A stretch of DNA of 64,000 bases from Thermodesulfobacteriota bacterium. GTDB taxonomy: Bacteria > Desulfobacterota_D > UBA1144 > Nemesobacterales > UBA2774. The stretch spans positions 1,664,001 to 1,728,000 of the forward strand of contig OZ244197.1 in NCBI GenBank assembly GCA_965216785.1. The letters are read 5' to 3'. Made by a program: the position numbers and the translations under genes. Shown in pieces: positions 1-10,600 of this stretch (positions are counted from its first letter, which is position 1; the number at the start of each line of letters is the position of its first letter). The notes beneath the pieces were generated by a model. That model was not told the origin of the DNA. It saw only the letters and a list, made by a program, of their open reading frames with translations, and did no database searches.

Positions 1-776
1 AGAATGTAAGCGATTTACAGCCGGGAACAAGAGTGGTCGTAGACCCGACGGTGAAAACCCCAAAGGGGCCTAGCGTAATAGGTGTGAATAGGTGGGGAGG
101 GCTTGCGGAATTTGTAAATGTGCCTGCTTCAAACGTTGTGCCTATTCCTGATGACGTGTCTTATGACGACGCATCGGCTCTTCCTATATGTTACGTCACT
201 GCCTGGTACGGGCTTATTGACAGGGGAGATATGAAACAGGACGAAACCGTGCTGGTGCACGCCGCGGGCAGCGGTACCGGCAGCGCCGCTGTTCAGATAG
301 CAAAGGAGCTCGGGGCAAAAGTCATCGCAACCGCGGGCAGTGATGAGAAGCTTGAGAAAGTGAAGGAGCTCGGGGCGGACGCGACTATAAATTACAACAC
401 CTCTGACTTTGCGGAGGAGGTAAAGAACATCACGGAAGGCAAGGGAGTCGATTTAATATTTGATCAGATAGGGGCTTCGGCCTGGGAAAATAATCTCAAG
501 TCCCTCAGTGCTGGGGGCAGAATACTTCTCGTAGGCGTAGTGGGAGGGGGACAGGAGACTCTTAACTTCGGCCCGATAATAATGAGAGACATTTCTGTGC
601 TGGGTGTCACGGTGTTCAGAGCTCCCAGAAAAAACCTGATAAACCTGATAAATATGCTCTCACTCGGCAGGTTTAACCCTGTGATAGACAGGAAATTCCC
701 TCTATCAGAGGCTGCCGAAGCGCAGAAAATGCTCGAGAACAGGAGTCAGTTCGGTAAGGTTGTTCTTAACCCTTAG
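1..776 (+). CDS. MDR-family NAD(P)H:quinone oxidoreductase / zinc-binding dehydrogenase-like protein (5'-truncated by the window)
   Basis: Frame is open from the window start. Motifs VLVHAAGSGTGSAAVQIAK, GKGVDLIFD and FGKVVL; no structural-Zn Cys loop, as in the QOR type. Confidence 0.85.
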   Translation, partial: NVSDLQPGTRVVVDPTVKTPKGPSVIGVNRWGGLAEFVNVPASNVVPIPDDVSYDDASALPICYVTAWYGLIDRGDMKQDETVLVHAAGSGTGSAAVQIAKELGAKVIATAGSDEKLEKVKELGADATINYNTSDFAEEVKNITEGKGVDLIFDQIGASAWENNLKSLSAGGRILLVGVVGGGQETLNFGPIIMRDISVLGVTVFRAPRKNLINLINMLSLGRFNPVIDRKFPLSEAAEAQKMLENRSQFGKVVLNP

Positions 777-807
777 CGGGAAATTCTTGATAGTATTCCA
801 AGAATTA

Positions 808-2292
808 TTAGCTTAGCTCCTGCTCAAATATTTTGCTGAGTAAGTCACAAGTGCCGTCAAAACATGAGAGCCCTGATATTTCTTCGGAGCCGCACCTGCC
901 GCCTTTGCTCCAGATATCTCTAAGGTAATCCCCGGCCTCTCTTACGCGCCACCACTCTTCGTCAAAGCTCTCTTTAATGTATTTTGAAAGAGCGGGTTCA
1001 ATCAATATAGATTTAAAGCGGCTAAATGAGCGCATGGGCTTTATTGCCCCCGCTATTTTCAGGAAATCCCGCTCGCTTACCTGAACGTGAAGAGCTTCTT
1101 GCATAATCTCTTTATAAATGTCGGGCAGGTTATCCAGATTCTCTCCCGAGTATAACAAAGTCTCGTATATTAGTGTTCCGGCTGCTGATCTTGCGTACAT
1201 CAGCCGTCTCAGAAAAAGAAGCTTAAAAAAGTCATCTCCCTTCTCGGAATCAATATATCTATCGAGCCATTTGCGCTCAAAGGCTAGATTCTTGAAGAGC
1301 TCGGAGAATATCTCCGTATGCACGGGGTCTCTAAGGCACCTGTACTCAAAGTTATCATCTCTATCTGTAAAGGCGTAAGAGAGGGCGCTTCCGAGCGCGC
1401 CCAGATAGGCTTCATAGTCCGTAGGGCCTCCCGCGGGGAATATCGAAACGGCCATCTCAGACGGAGGAGAGGTTAAAAATAAGAGACTGCCGGTCGCTTT
1501 GCCGCTTCTCTTTTTCGAGTCTACAGGTACGTCTGAGCTGTTCACAAGCCCGGAGTCGTCCAATACCCTTGCCGCAGGAACAAAATATTCTTTATCCGGG
1601 AACCCGCCTTTTAACTCAAATGAGTTCAGCATGAATGAAAGATCGGTGGCTGATGAGTCTTTAAGAGGAAGCTCCAGATGCTTTATAAAAAACCAATCGA
1701 GCATCTCTTTTGAGACATACTCCGTATCTCGAATAAAGAGCCTGGCATCTTGCGCCAGCGCGCCCGTATCTCCTAATTCAGTATGCTCCTCAAGCTTTTT
1801 GAGATTAGGGAAGCCAAGGCTCTCGGATGCTCCCGCGCTCTCATAGATTATTTCCTTCAGGGGTGAAATGAGATCTTCCTGGGCCTCAATCCGGCGGCTC
1901 TCGATCTCGTCTCTTTTCTTCTTCTTGGGCGAGCCTAATATCTTTTGAAAAGCTGATCTGTATGGAATTTTCTTTTTGCCAATGTTTACTGTCGTGGAAG
2001 CTTCAAGCGATAGGACTTTGTCGCTCAGTGAGGCAGTGCGGCCTAAAATGAACATATCCGCCAAAAATGCCCTAAGCAGCGAAAGCCCTGCTTCAGTATC
2101 TTCTTCCGAGTTCAATTTCTCATTTAAAGAGAGGAACAGCTCGGGCTCTGCAAACTCTCTATGTGAGTTAAAAATCTCCTCGACGCCTGATTTTTTACTC
2201 AGTCCCGTCAGGTTTGAGCGATACTCTCTTTGCAGTGAAGAGAAAAGGCTCTCTCCCTGGACTCTTAAATGTGTTAATGTGTCTTCGCTCAC
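808..2292 (-). CDS. Peptidase M3/M2 (gluzincin)-like protein, probably catalytically inactive
   Basis: PAGGPTDY...FEYRCL..HTEIFSELF and the C-terminal FDEEWWR...AGDYLRDIWSKG resemble M3-like oligopeptidases, but the HEXXH position reads GALGS. Confidence 0.6.
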   Translation of the reverse strand: MSEDTLTHLRVQGESLFSSLQREYRSNLTGLSKKSGVEEIFNSHREFAEPELFLSLNEKLNSEEDTEAGLSLLRAFLADMFILGRTASLSDKVLSLEASTTVNIGKKKIPYRSAFQKILGSPKKKKRDEIESRRIEAQEDLISPLKEIIYESAGASESLGFPNLKKLEEHTELGDTGALAQDARLFIRDTEYVSKEMLDWFFIKHLELPLKDSSATDLSFMLNSFELKGGFPDKEYFVPAARVLDDSGLVNSSDVPVDSKKRSGKATGSLLFLTSPPSEMAVSIFPAGGPTDYEAYLGALGSALSYAFTDRDDNFEYRCLRDPVHTEIFSELFKNLAFERKWLDRYIDSEKGDDFFKLLFLRRLMYARSAAGTLIYETLLYSGENLDNLPDIYKEIMQEALHVQVSERDFLKIAGAIKPMRSFSRFKSILIEPALSKYIKESFDEEWWRVREAGDYLRDIWSKGGRCGSEEISGLSCFDGTCDLLSKIFEQELS

Positions 2293-2370
2293 TGGCAGGG
2301 CTCGGGCTTTATATGTTAGTTGTGACTTATATTATAAGAATGAATCCGTTTATTCAAAGCGCGGAGCGTG

Positions 2371-3642
2371 TTAAGCATTTTCCCCGAGCGCTCTTTTTAT
2401 TTTCTTCCTTGGCTCTTTTATGAAAAACGCGCCGAAGGCCGCAAGGTAACAGCATATGATGGCCAGCAGGAACGGGTAGAAATAATCGCCTGTCACGTCA
2501 AAGATGTATCCTGCGACAATGGGACCGATGATGCCCGCGCAGGAATATGATGTGGCGAAGACGCCGTAAATGGTGCCGAGCGCGCTCAGGCCGTAGAACT
2601 TCCCGAGCATGGTAGGGAATAAAGGTACTACAGCGCTGTAGAAAAATCCGAACAGCAGCCCGAACAGATAGAAAACCCAGATATCTTTGAATACCAGAAG
2701 GAGGATTATCGCGCTGCCCTGGGCCAGAAAACACATGAGTATGACCTTTCTGTAATCAAGTACCTCGGCAAGGAGTGACGTCAGAACCGTCCTTCCTATA
2801 ATGCTTCCAATCCCTATCGCCGCGGGGGGACCCGCCGCTGCGACTGCCGCTATGCCAAGATCAATCTCAAAGTTGTAGAACTGAGTTACTATGATTAGAA
2901 AAGTTATAAACGCTAATAAATACATCCCGTACATCATCCAAAAATTAATGTTTGATATGGCCTCTTTCGCGGTCCAGTCGTTATTCTGACCGGTGTTTAT
3001 ATTGCGTGAAGGGCTGTTCATCGCTTCTTTTTCATCCTCGTCCTCTTCCCCGTAGGGTTTCATGCCCAGGTCCTGCGGATAGCTTCTCATAACAAATGAG
3101 GATAGGAGTACTACTATCATTAAAGTGCCTAAAATAAACAGCGCGTTTCTCACACCGAAGTCGTTAATGAGCCATGCGGTAAGGGGGTTTGTAATAAGGC
3201 CGCTCAGAGGAACGCCGGTTGTAATGATACCTATAGCAAACGCCCTTTTTTTTACAAACCATCTACTTATTATAGCGACGCAGGTTATGTAGAGCACGGC
3301 GTCTCCGAGACCTACGAAGAATCCGTACGTCACATAGAGTTCCCAGGGTTTTGTCATAAACCCCGTGGCGATCATACCGAGCGCAGCAATTACACCACCT
3401 CCGAATATGACGGCTCTAGGGTCGAATTTGTCTATGAGTCTTCCGGCGATTATAAAGGCCGGAGCAAGGACCAGGGCCCGGAATGAGAATATTGCCGATC
3501 CTTCGGCGCGGGACATGCCGAATTCATCATTCAGGTAGGGGAGGAATACCCCGAATGAATACAGCAAAAGGCCGTCGAGCATTATAATCAGAAGAGACGC
3601 AGCAACTATATACCAACCGTAAAATATCTTTATACGGAACAT
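2371..3642 (-). CDS. MFS transporter, oxalate:formate antiporter (OFA)/monocarboxylate porter-like
   Basis: About 12 hydrophobic segments; FYGWYIV N-terminus, GRLIDKFDPR (motif A), RWFVKKRAFAIG, GPIVAGYIFDVTGDY. Confidence 0.9.
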   Translation of the reverse strand: MFRIKIFYGWYIVAASLLIIMLDGLLLYSFGVFLPYLNDEFGMSRAEGSAIFSFRALVLAPAFIIAGRLIDKFDPRAVIFGGGVIAALGMIATGFMTKPWELYVTYGFFVGLGDAVLYITCVAIISRWFVKKRAFAIGIITTGVPLSGLITNPLTAWLINDFGVRNALFILGTLMIVVLLSSFVMRSYPQDLGMKPYGEEDEDEKEAMNSPSRNINTGQNNDWTAKEAISNINFWMMYGMYLLAFITFLIIVTQFYNFEIDLGIAAVAAAGPPAAIGIGSIIGRTVLTSLLAEVLDYRKVILMCFLAQGSAIILLLVFKDIWVFYLFGLLFGFFYSAVVPLFPTMLGKFYGLSALGTIYGVFATSYSCAGIIGPIVAGYIFDVTGDYFYPFLLAIICCYLAAFGAFFIKEPRKKIKRALGENA

Positions 3643-3782
3643 CTATTCCTCTCTATCAGACTCAATATTGAGCAGTTTCCCGGCTGTGCTTGATCAAGGT
3701 TTCAGCCCCTAGATGAGATAGTACTGTATTAGTTAAAGGAAGGTAATCATACCTGATTTTAAAATTAATTTGTTGATTTGAG

Positions 3783-3812
3783 ACGCTCAGAGTTTAGCTA
3801 AGCTCTGAGCGT
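3783..3812. terminator. Stable hairpin downstream of the HEAT-repeat gene (probable terminator)
   Basis: ACGCTCAGAG (3783-3792) and CTCTGAGCGT (3803-3812) form a perfect 10-bp stem; the U-tract is weak. Confidence 0.55.
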
Positions 3813-3845
3813 ATATTTAAAAATATCTCGGAGGCTCGGTCTCTA

Positions 3846-6350
3846 TCAGCTCCCGACTTCGCTAATTTTACCGTTTACCTCTTTTGCCTGCTCTTCAAAC
3901 TTAGCGGAAGATAGAGTGCCTTCAGCTTTTTTCAAGAGCGGCAAATCCTCTTTTGTCCACATTCCGTTTGTAACCACGATGGATATACTTGCTGCAAGGT
4001 CCTTACGAATCTTCTCGTGCGGCGCTGTCAGCTCCCAGTTGCCGAGAAACAGGCCGAGGAGCTCTCGGGCTTGTTTTTCGGGAATCTCTCCAACTTCTTT
4101 CTTTCCGTCAACGCCGAGCCAATCTATCAACTCCGCGCTCTCTGTGTCTCCGCCTGCGGAGTAGTGAGCCAGATACCTCAGCTTGCCGGTCTCTTCTGGT
4201 TTGGAGTGGGTCGCGGCCAGAATTTTAATAATTGATTCCCTGTCCAGAGGGGACATGTTCATAAGCGTACTAAATGCTGTAGAGCGTACGAGCCCGTCCG
4301 GGGCTACTAGTAGGTCCGCTACCGGGCTGCTGACGGGTCCGGCCTCGCTGCCCATATTGCCTATGGCCTGAACCGCTTTTGATATGTTCTCAGAATTTAA
4401 ATTGTGGTTTAGATCAAGGCTCTGAACGTAACTCACGATTTGAGGGGCCGTATCGGGCGAAGCTATCCTGCCTAGGGCGACTATAGCGCTTGAGCGTACG
4501 TCTTCATCGTCGTCCTTTAGTAATTCTGCTACCGCAGGGGCTTGCTGGTCCGCGGCTTTTCCCATCTTCCCAAGCGCAGATGCCGCGTTTAATCGTACCA
4601 GTCTGTCGTCATCTTGAAGAAGCTTCGCTAGCTCGGGTATCTGCCCGGATGCGGCAGGGCCTATGTTCCCAAGTGCTTTTGCCGCCTCTGCACGCACGTC
4701 TCTATCGGGATTTTGAAGCTGGGAGGCTATATCCGGTATCGAAGCCTCCGCCGCGGACGACATCCTTCCGAGCGCATTTAGGGCGGCCATGCGGATCACG
4801 GGATTGTCGTCTTGAAGGAGTTTCGCTATTTCAGGAACAGCCTCTCTCGCGCCTTCTCCAAGGTTCTGAAATGTTAAGGAGGCTGTATAGCGGAATTTAC
4901 TATCCTTATCACTAAGAAGCTCTATAATCTTAGGGAACTGAGGCGAAGCTTTTTCGCCCATACGTCCAATAGCCGTTGCAGCGTGGACTCGAAGGATTTT
5001 GTTTTGACTCTTTAAGAGCTCAATATAAGTTTCAGCGTAATCTTCCGTGGGTATGTCCATTTGGTCTAGAACTATAATAGCTTTGTAAGCGGCTACACCG
5101 TTTGGGTCTTTGAGCTTTTCTGCAATTTGAGGAGCGTATTCCTTCCCGGCTTCACCGATCTGTCCCAGGGTAAGTATCGCCTCTATCCTTACTCTGGTGC
5201 TCTGATCATTTAAACGCTTTACCACTTTGGGCGCTTGAGCTGCTGCTGCCTCGTTCATATAGCTTAAGGCTTTTAAAGCGCTCCTTCTGAGTTTAGGGTC
5301 AAGGCTGTCCAACTGCTCGGCTACAATCGCTGCTGTGTTCTTGTTCACTTGCGCTATTTGCCCGAGCGCCGCGCGGGATACCGAGCGTACTCTCTTATTG
5401 CTTTTCTGTTGAATCGCTACAACGGTTCTTACTTCTTCGTCGGATAAATCGCCAATTTTACCTAGTGATTTTAGCGCCGAGGTACGTACATACTGATGCC
5501 GGTCTTGCAGAAGCGGCATGATGTCTTTTATTTGAGGTTTGGATGACTTGCCTAAATCGCCGAGTGCCAGTGCCGCGCTCGATCTTACCGCTTTATCGGG
5601 GTCTTTAAGCATTTTTACCATCAGAGCTTTATTGTTGCCGCCTTTACTGCCTAGTTTTCCGAGCGCTCTTAGAGCAGTTGCCCTTACTTTGGGGTTTTCA
5701 CTATTTACGAGCTCTATAATTTTCTGTTTCTGGCCGCCGACCTGTTCGGGATTGTTTTCTATTATCTCTATAGCTAAGAGTCTTACCTTGCTGTCCTTAT
5801 CGCTAAGAAGCGTTATTACAGCGCTCATTTGAGACTTATTCAGATTCCCTATATTCAGTGCGGCTTGCGCAGCAGCCCGGCGCGTGATTACGTTTCTGTC
5901 GCTCATGCTTTCGATTACCAGTGGCAGGTATTGCCTTGAGGCATCGCCCCATGATCCGACTGAGTGTAATGCCGCCTGCCTGGGTAGAGCGTCCTTGGCT
6001 TCTAAGAACTCAACTATCCGCGCTCTCACAGACTCGTCTTCAAGAGGTGCAAGCGCATTTATAGCAATTGCCCTGACCTTGGGATTTGGGTCATTGAGAG
6101 CGCCGGTGAGCGCGGCTATTTCCCACTCTGAGTAACCGCCTTCCGGGGCTTTTAGATCGTCGGCTGCGTCGGATAATTCGTTGCCATCTTCAGCCTTTGT
6201 CTCTTCCTGAGCGTTCTCCTGAGATAATGAGGGCAGAGGCCCGGCAGTGATCGTGAGCAGTAATATCACGGCTATAAAGGCCATATCGCTCTTATGAGTC
6301 CTTAGATATTGAATGATTGTAATGAGTGCGCTCTTGTATGGATATTGCAT
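3846..6350 (-). CDS. HEAT/PBS-lyase repeat protein with N-terminal signal peptide-like segment
   Basis: Many L.D.D..VR..AA.ALG repeats; hydrophobic AFIAVILLLTITAG..SLS/QE segment; RBS-like GAGAGG upstream. Confidence 0.85.
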   Translation of the reverse strand: MQYPYKSALITIIQYLRTHKSDMAFIAVILLLTITAGPLPSLSQENAQEETKAEDGNELSDAADDLKAPEGGYSEWEIAALTGALNDPNPKVRAIAINALAPLEDESVRARIVEFLEAKDALPRQAALHSVGSWGDASRQYLPLVIESMSDRNVITRRAAAQAALNIGNLNKSQMSAVITLLSDKDSKVRLLAIEIIENNPEQVGGQKQKIIELVNSENPKVRATALRALGKLGSKGGNNKALMVKMLKDPDKAVRSSAALALGDLGKSSKPQIKDIMPLLQDRHQYVRTSALKSLGKIGDLSDEEVRTVVAIQQKSNKRVRSVSRAALGQIAQVNKNTAAIVAEQLDSLDPKLRRSALKALSYMNEAAAAQAPKVVKRLNDQSTRVRIEAILTLGQIGEAGKEYAPQIAEKLKDPNGVAAYKAIIVLDQMDIPTEDYAETYIELLKSQNKILRVHAATAIGRMGEKASPQFPKIIELLSDKDSKFRYTASLTFQNLGEGAREAVPEIAKLLQDDNPVIRMAALNALGRMSSAAEASIPDIASQLQNPDRDVRAEAAKALGNIGPAASGQIPELAKLLQDDDRLVRLNAASALGKMGKAADQQAPAVAELLKDDDEDVRSSAIVALGRIASPDTAPQIVSYVQSLDLNHNLNSENISKAVQAIGNMGSEAGPVSSPVADLLVAPDGLVRSTAFSTLMNMSPLDRESIIKILAATHSKPEETGKLRYLAHYSAGGDTESAELIDWLGVDGKKEVGEIPEKQARELLGLFLGNWELTAPHEKIRKDLAASISIVVTNGMWTKEDLPLLKKAEGTLSSAKFEEQAKEVNGKISEVGS

Positions 6351-6757
6351 AATATTAAACCTCTCAATGTTTATTATAAGTTTTCTCAGGGACTTTCCGA
6401 GTAGGGCGGATTTATTATGGCTGCGGGCTCTCGAACACCAAAACCCGTTATGAAGCGGATAACCCCGGCACTTCTCAATTGATCCCTACTAAATATATGT
6501 GGCCGATTATTTAACAGTGTGAAAAAGCATATCCTATCCTTTTACCGAGTCAAACGTATTTTAGTACAGTATTATTTATACGCTCAACATCTGTAAATGC
6601 GGGGTAGAGGATATATTAATAACTGTTCATTCTTGATCAGGTACGCTAATATTTCCCTTAGAAAATTGCCGTTTGACTTTATCTATTATCAAGTATCATT
6701 TTTATTATCTCTATAAAGAGAACCCTGAATTGCTTGTTGGACTAATGGAGAATGTGA

Positions 6758-7210
6758 ATGGCTGATATTATGGATACACGAGATTTGTACAGCCGTTTAA
6801 AATCGGGTGTTAATAAAGGTCTCAGGATAGTAAATATCAGATCTAAAGAGGCTTACGGCACGATTCTAATCAAAAACCAGCTAAGATCGCTCAAGAAAAA
6901 AAGACGTGACTGCACGCTTGATATGGGGAACACCATATACCGCTCGTATAAATATAAGGGAGAGGTAAATCAGGACAGCATTAAGGTAAAATGCGCTGAG
7001 ATAGAGAGTATAGAGCTCGAAATGGATAAATGTGAAGAAGAGCTCAGGCTTGTGCACTTAAACGCTCAAAAGGAGCTTGGGAGCTTAAAAGCGCTTGCCA
7101 AGCCAGCGGTTATAGCGTTTTGCGAATGCGGGGCCGAAGTGACTCAGGGCTCACAATACTGTCCGGATTGCTCAAAAAAAGTCGATTTACCTGACGCTGT
7201 TGAGAGATAA
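6758..7210 (+). CDS. Coiled-coil protein with C-terminal zinc ribbon
   Basis: CECGAEVTQGSQYCPDC motif at the C-terminus; GGAG RBS upstream. Confidence 0.75.
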   Translation: MADIMDTRDLYSRLKSGVNKGLRIVNIRSKEAYGTILIKNQLRSLKKKRRDCTLDMGNTIYRSYKYKGEVNQDSIKVKCAEIESIELEMDKCEEELRLVHLNAQKELGSLKALAKPAVIAFCECGAEVTQGSQYCPDCSKKVDLPDAVER

Positions 7211-7370
7211 CTCCGGTCTCGTAGCCGGCTCATGCTTCTTGCGTGTCAGTGGCAGAAATTTAGCACCAAATCCTATCCCGGCATGTAAACGGCCCTTAAT
7301 GAACCACTCCCCGGCTCATACCCTCCTCTGCACATGCAGCTTAACGCCCGAATGTGATTAGATATATATA

Positions 7371-7399
7371 TTGACAGCAGACTAAAACGGTTATAAGGT
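7371..7399 (+). promoter_or_regulatory. Sigma70-type promoter driving the riboswitch and giant TPR gene
   Basis: TTGACA (7371-7376), 17 bp spacer, TAAGGT (7394-7399), about 20 nt upstream of the aptamer. Confidence 0.7.
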
Positions 7400-7418
7400 T
7401 TGTATTGACGGGGAAATA

Positions 7419-7530
7419 TTGATCCTAAGTCGAAAAGGCAAACCATCTGAAAGGGTGGGACGCAGAGTCACGGGCCTAAGTGACTGAGTTAATTAGTTGA
7501 CGGCAGCCGGACTACCGAAGTTGGGATTGT
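7419..7530 (+). ncRNA. Cyclic di-GMP-I (GEMM) riboswitch aptamer
   Basis: AAGGCAAACCATCTGAAAGGGTGGGACGCAGAGTCACGGGCCTAAG...GACGGCAGCCGGACTACCGAAG matches the Vc2-type architecture: P2 with GAAA tetraloop, GACGCA junction, CCTAA receptor and ACCGA 3' strand. P1 extends as GATCCTAA/TTGGGATT plus TCG/CGA. Confidence 0.93.
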
Positions 7531-7635
7531 TATGTAGACGGATTTGTTCTGTACTTTAGTAGTTCCATCTTCTTTGCGTTCTATTTCCACCCTATACAGT
7601 TGGTTTGAATACGCGTACTTAGGCTGCAAAACTCT

Positions 7636-7658
7636 GCCTTTGCGCGCAAGGGCTTTTT
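7636..7658 (+). terminator. Intrinsic terminator in the riboswitch leader (expression platform)
   Basis: GCCTTTGC-GC-GCAAGGGC hairpin followed by TTTTT, 20 nt before the ATG at 7679. Confidence 0.7.
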
Positions 7659-7678
7659 CGCCGGATATGGAATAGAGT

Positions 7679-10600
7679 ATGGGTGATACATTGAAGTACG
7701 GTCGGGAGAAAAACCTGCGTTTAAATCCGCTTGACGCTATTTGGAATCCAGAGTGTCAGATTCCATGTATTGTCATATACCCGGAGGAAATTGAGGAATC
7801 CAGGCTTAAACTCCTGTTGGAGCCGCTTACCGATGTGCTTTCTGAAAAAGGTTTCAAGCTCCGCTCTGTATCAGAAGAGTCGTTACAAGGTGGGGAGTTA
7901 GAGAATGCTGCAAGGGACTGCGCGCTTGGCCTGCTTATACTAAGCGGGCCGGGTCAGGGTCTCCAGTATTTTTCCGGTTATTTAAAAGGAAAAGGGAAAT
8001 TTGTTCTTAGCATCCGCGATCAAATTGGTGAAACCATTGAAGGGCGGGGCCCCGCGTCTGAACCGAGCAGAGATACCCAGTCTGATCAATTAGCAGCGAA
8101 TTCAAGCTTAAATCTTAATGAGATCAGTGTAGATAGCTCTTCAGCAGTTTCTTCGTCTGAGAACCCGGCTTGTAAAATCGGGGATGAATTCGGTTCTTTT
8201 GTTCCGGCTGTTCTAGAAAGCTATATCTCGGAGCTGACCAAGACCTACAACTCCATGGACCCCGAGCTGTATACAGCACTCAGGGAACTGGCCCAAGAAA
8301 TAGCCACTTATTTCACGAAAACTCAAGAGTACGAGATAGGCGATTTGGATAATGCCCGTGATCTGCTTGACGAATGGGAAAAGAGATCGGGGCGAAGCAC
8401 TCCGTTTCAAATCCACACGATGCTCGCGGCGCTTTATGCCAATCAAGCTGTTACTGAAACAGATTCAGAGAAAAATGAATGTTATAGCAAATGCGCACAA
8501 ATATATGAGAATATATCTTCAGATGAGATGGATACCGCGCTCTATTCGTGCTTTAAGATAAGACAGGCAGAAATACTCTTACTATCTCTGCTCGATAATG
8601 AGAATAAAGATAAAATTGAAAAGGCCGTTAAGCTATTTAAGGAGGGGCTTGATTATTTCGGTAAAGATAAGGACGCTCTAATATTCGCTTTTTTAAATCA
8701 GGTGCTAGGAGAGGCCTATGAAGTATTAGCCGGATTTGGTGAGACTAAGCAGGCTAAAGAAGTAAACTACAAGAAATCGCTTACTTATGTAAAGAGCGCG
8801 CTTGAGGTATATAGTCCCTCAGAGTTTCAATCCGAATATTCTACACTTATGAATCTGCAGGGTCGGGTGCTCAGCGCTCTGGGAGAATGCGATAACAGCA
8901 GTGAGTGGATTGCCGAGGCGATTAATACCTTGAAGGAGGCGCTCAGGTTCATTGCACCTGAGCATTCACTTGAGGCATATGCCGAAGCTCATATAAACCT
9001 TGGGAATGCATACCGCGCGCAGGCGGAGATTGAGGTATCCGCCGAGAGCTGCATTTTGGCCATAGAAGCATACGAGAAAGCGCTTCAGGTTTACACGGAC
9101 GGGGGTTTTGAGCTTGAGTCCGCGCTTATATACAACAACCTAGGCGCTTCTTATGATATGCTGGCTCAGATAGAAGAGAGCGCCGAGAGCTGTGGCTTGG
9201 CTATTGAAAGCTTTGAGGAAGCTTTAAAGTTCTATTCAATTACCGAGTATCCTGACCAGTTTTCTACAACACAAAACAACATCGCAAACGCGTACGGCAC
9301 TCTGGCAGAGCTTGAAAATAAAGCTCAAAACTGCGAAAAAGCCCTACAATGCTACAAAGAATCACTCAAGGTTAGGACTCTTGAGCGAGACCCATGTGAG
9401 TACGCGATGACACAGAATAACCTGGGTGTGGTTTACAGCACGCTAGCGGAGATCAAGGACAAGGAAGAAAACAGCTTTAATGCCGTGAGCGCTTATTCTG
9501 AAGCCCTGAATGTATACAGCACATCCGAGCACTCTTTAGAGCGCGCGATGATATCCAATAATCTAGCCGATGCGTACTTGGTATTATCAGAGGTGCGGGA
9601 TACGGCGCCGAATTTGAAGAATGCTGTCGAGTGGTATCTGGAAGCCCTTACGGTTTATAACGAAGATGAGAAACCACTGAATTCTACGATAATACATAAG
9701 AAACTGGGAGACGCGCTTTTTAGGCTTTCAGAGCTTGAAGGTGGTACGGAGTACGCGAAAGAATCCGCTTCTTCTTATGAGCGCGCGCTTCAAAGTTATA
9801 GCAGAGAAGAGTATCCGATAGAATACGCGCGGATAAAGATGAACAAGGGGCGGATATTCTCAGGCGTAGCTCTCCGTGAAGGGAACCCCGGGGGTTATGG
9901 GAGAGTTTTTGAAGCCTTTGGCGACGCACTCTCCGTATTCAATAGAGAGGAGTTCCCAGAGGAGTATGTAAAGCTGAAGCTCTTTAAGGGGGATGCTTAC
10001 GCCGGGCTCTCAGGCATAGACGATAGATATCAGAATTTGGAGAATGCGCTTGAACAGTACGAATCCGCTCTACAAGTTTGTGATTCTATCGATTCTAAGG
10101 AGACGTTTGTTCAGGTAAATAATAAAATAGGGCAGTGCCGCATCGACATGTCGATCGTAAAGGACTCAGGGGAGAATTGCGAAAGAGCCATAGAGGCGTT
10201 TTCTCGGGCGCTTGAGCGCGTGAGCCCTGAGGAGCAACCTCTTGAGCATGCACTAATTAAGAACAATTTGGCCACGGCCCATGGGCAGCTCGGGCACTCT
10301 GGTGAGGGCGATAAATTTATGGAGCTCGCATTGTCCGGATTTGAAGACGCTGCCTTAAATCTTAAGACATTTAGCGCTCAGGGCAGCAATGCTCGGACAC
10401 TTTATTCAAAAACCCTTGGGAATCTGGGGGCTATTTACAATAAATGCTCTCTCACAGACGATCCCGGGAGTAATCTCAAAAAATCTATTGAATTGCTGCA
10501 AGAGGCGCTTTCAGTAATTAGCCTTGAAATAAACCCGCTTGAGTACGCGCGGTTAAAGAATAACCTCGGAAGCTCCTACTTTAAGCTCGCAGAAGTGGAA

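Noticed and set aside
6400-6490. Structured leader upstream of the HEAT gene (AGTAGGG...CCCTACT)
   Set aside because: Only a 7-bp inverted repeat with no riboswitch consensus; could be chance.
7211-7350. Possible ncRNA or small ORF (CCGGCTCAT occurs twice)
   Set aside because: No recognisable RNA family, convincing long stem or ORF with an RBS.
7431-7520. c-AMP-GMP-sensing (GEMM-Ib) variant of the riboswitch
   Set aside because: The base before GCAAACC (Vc2 position 20) is G, not the A typical of c-AMP-GMP aptamers, so c-di-GMP is the better call.
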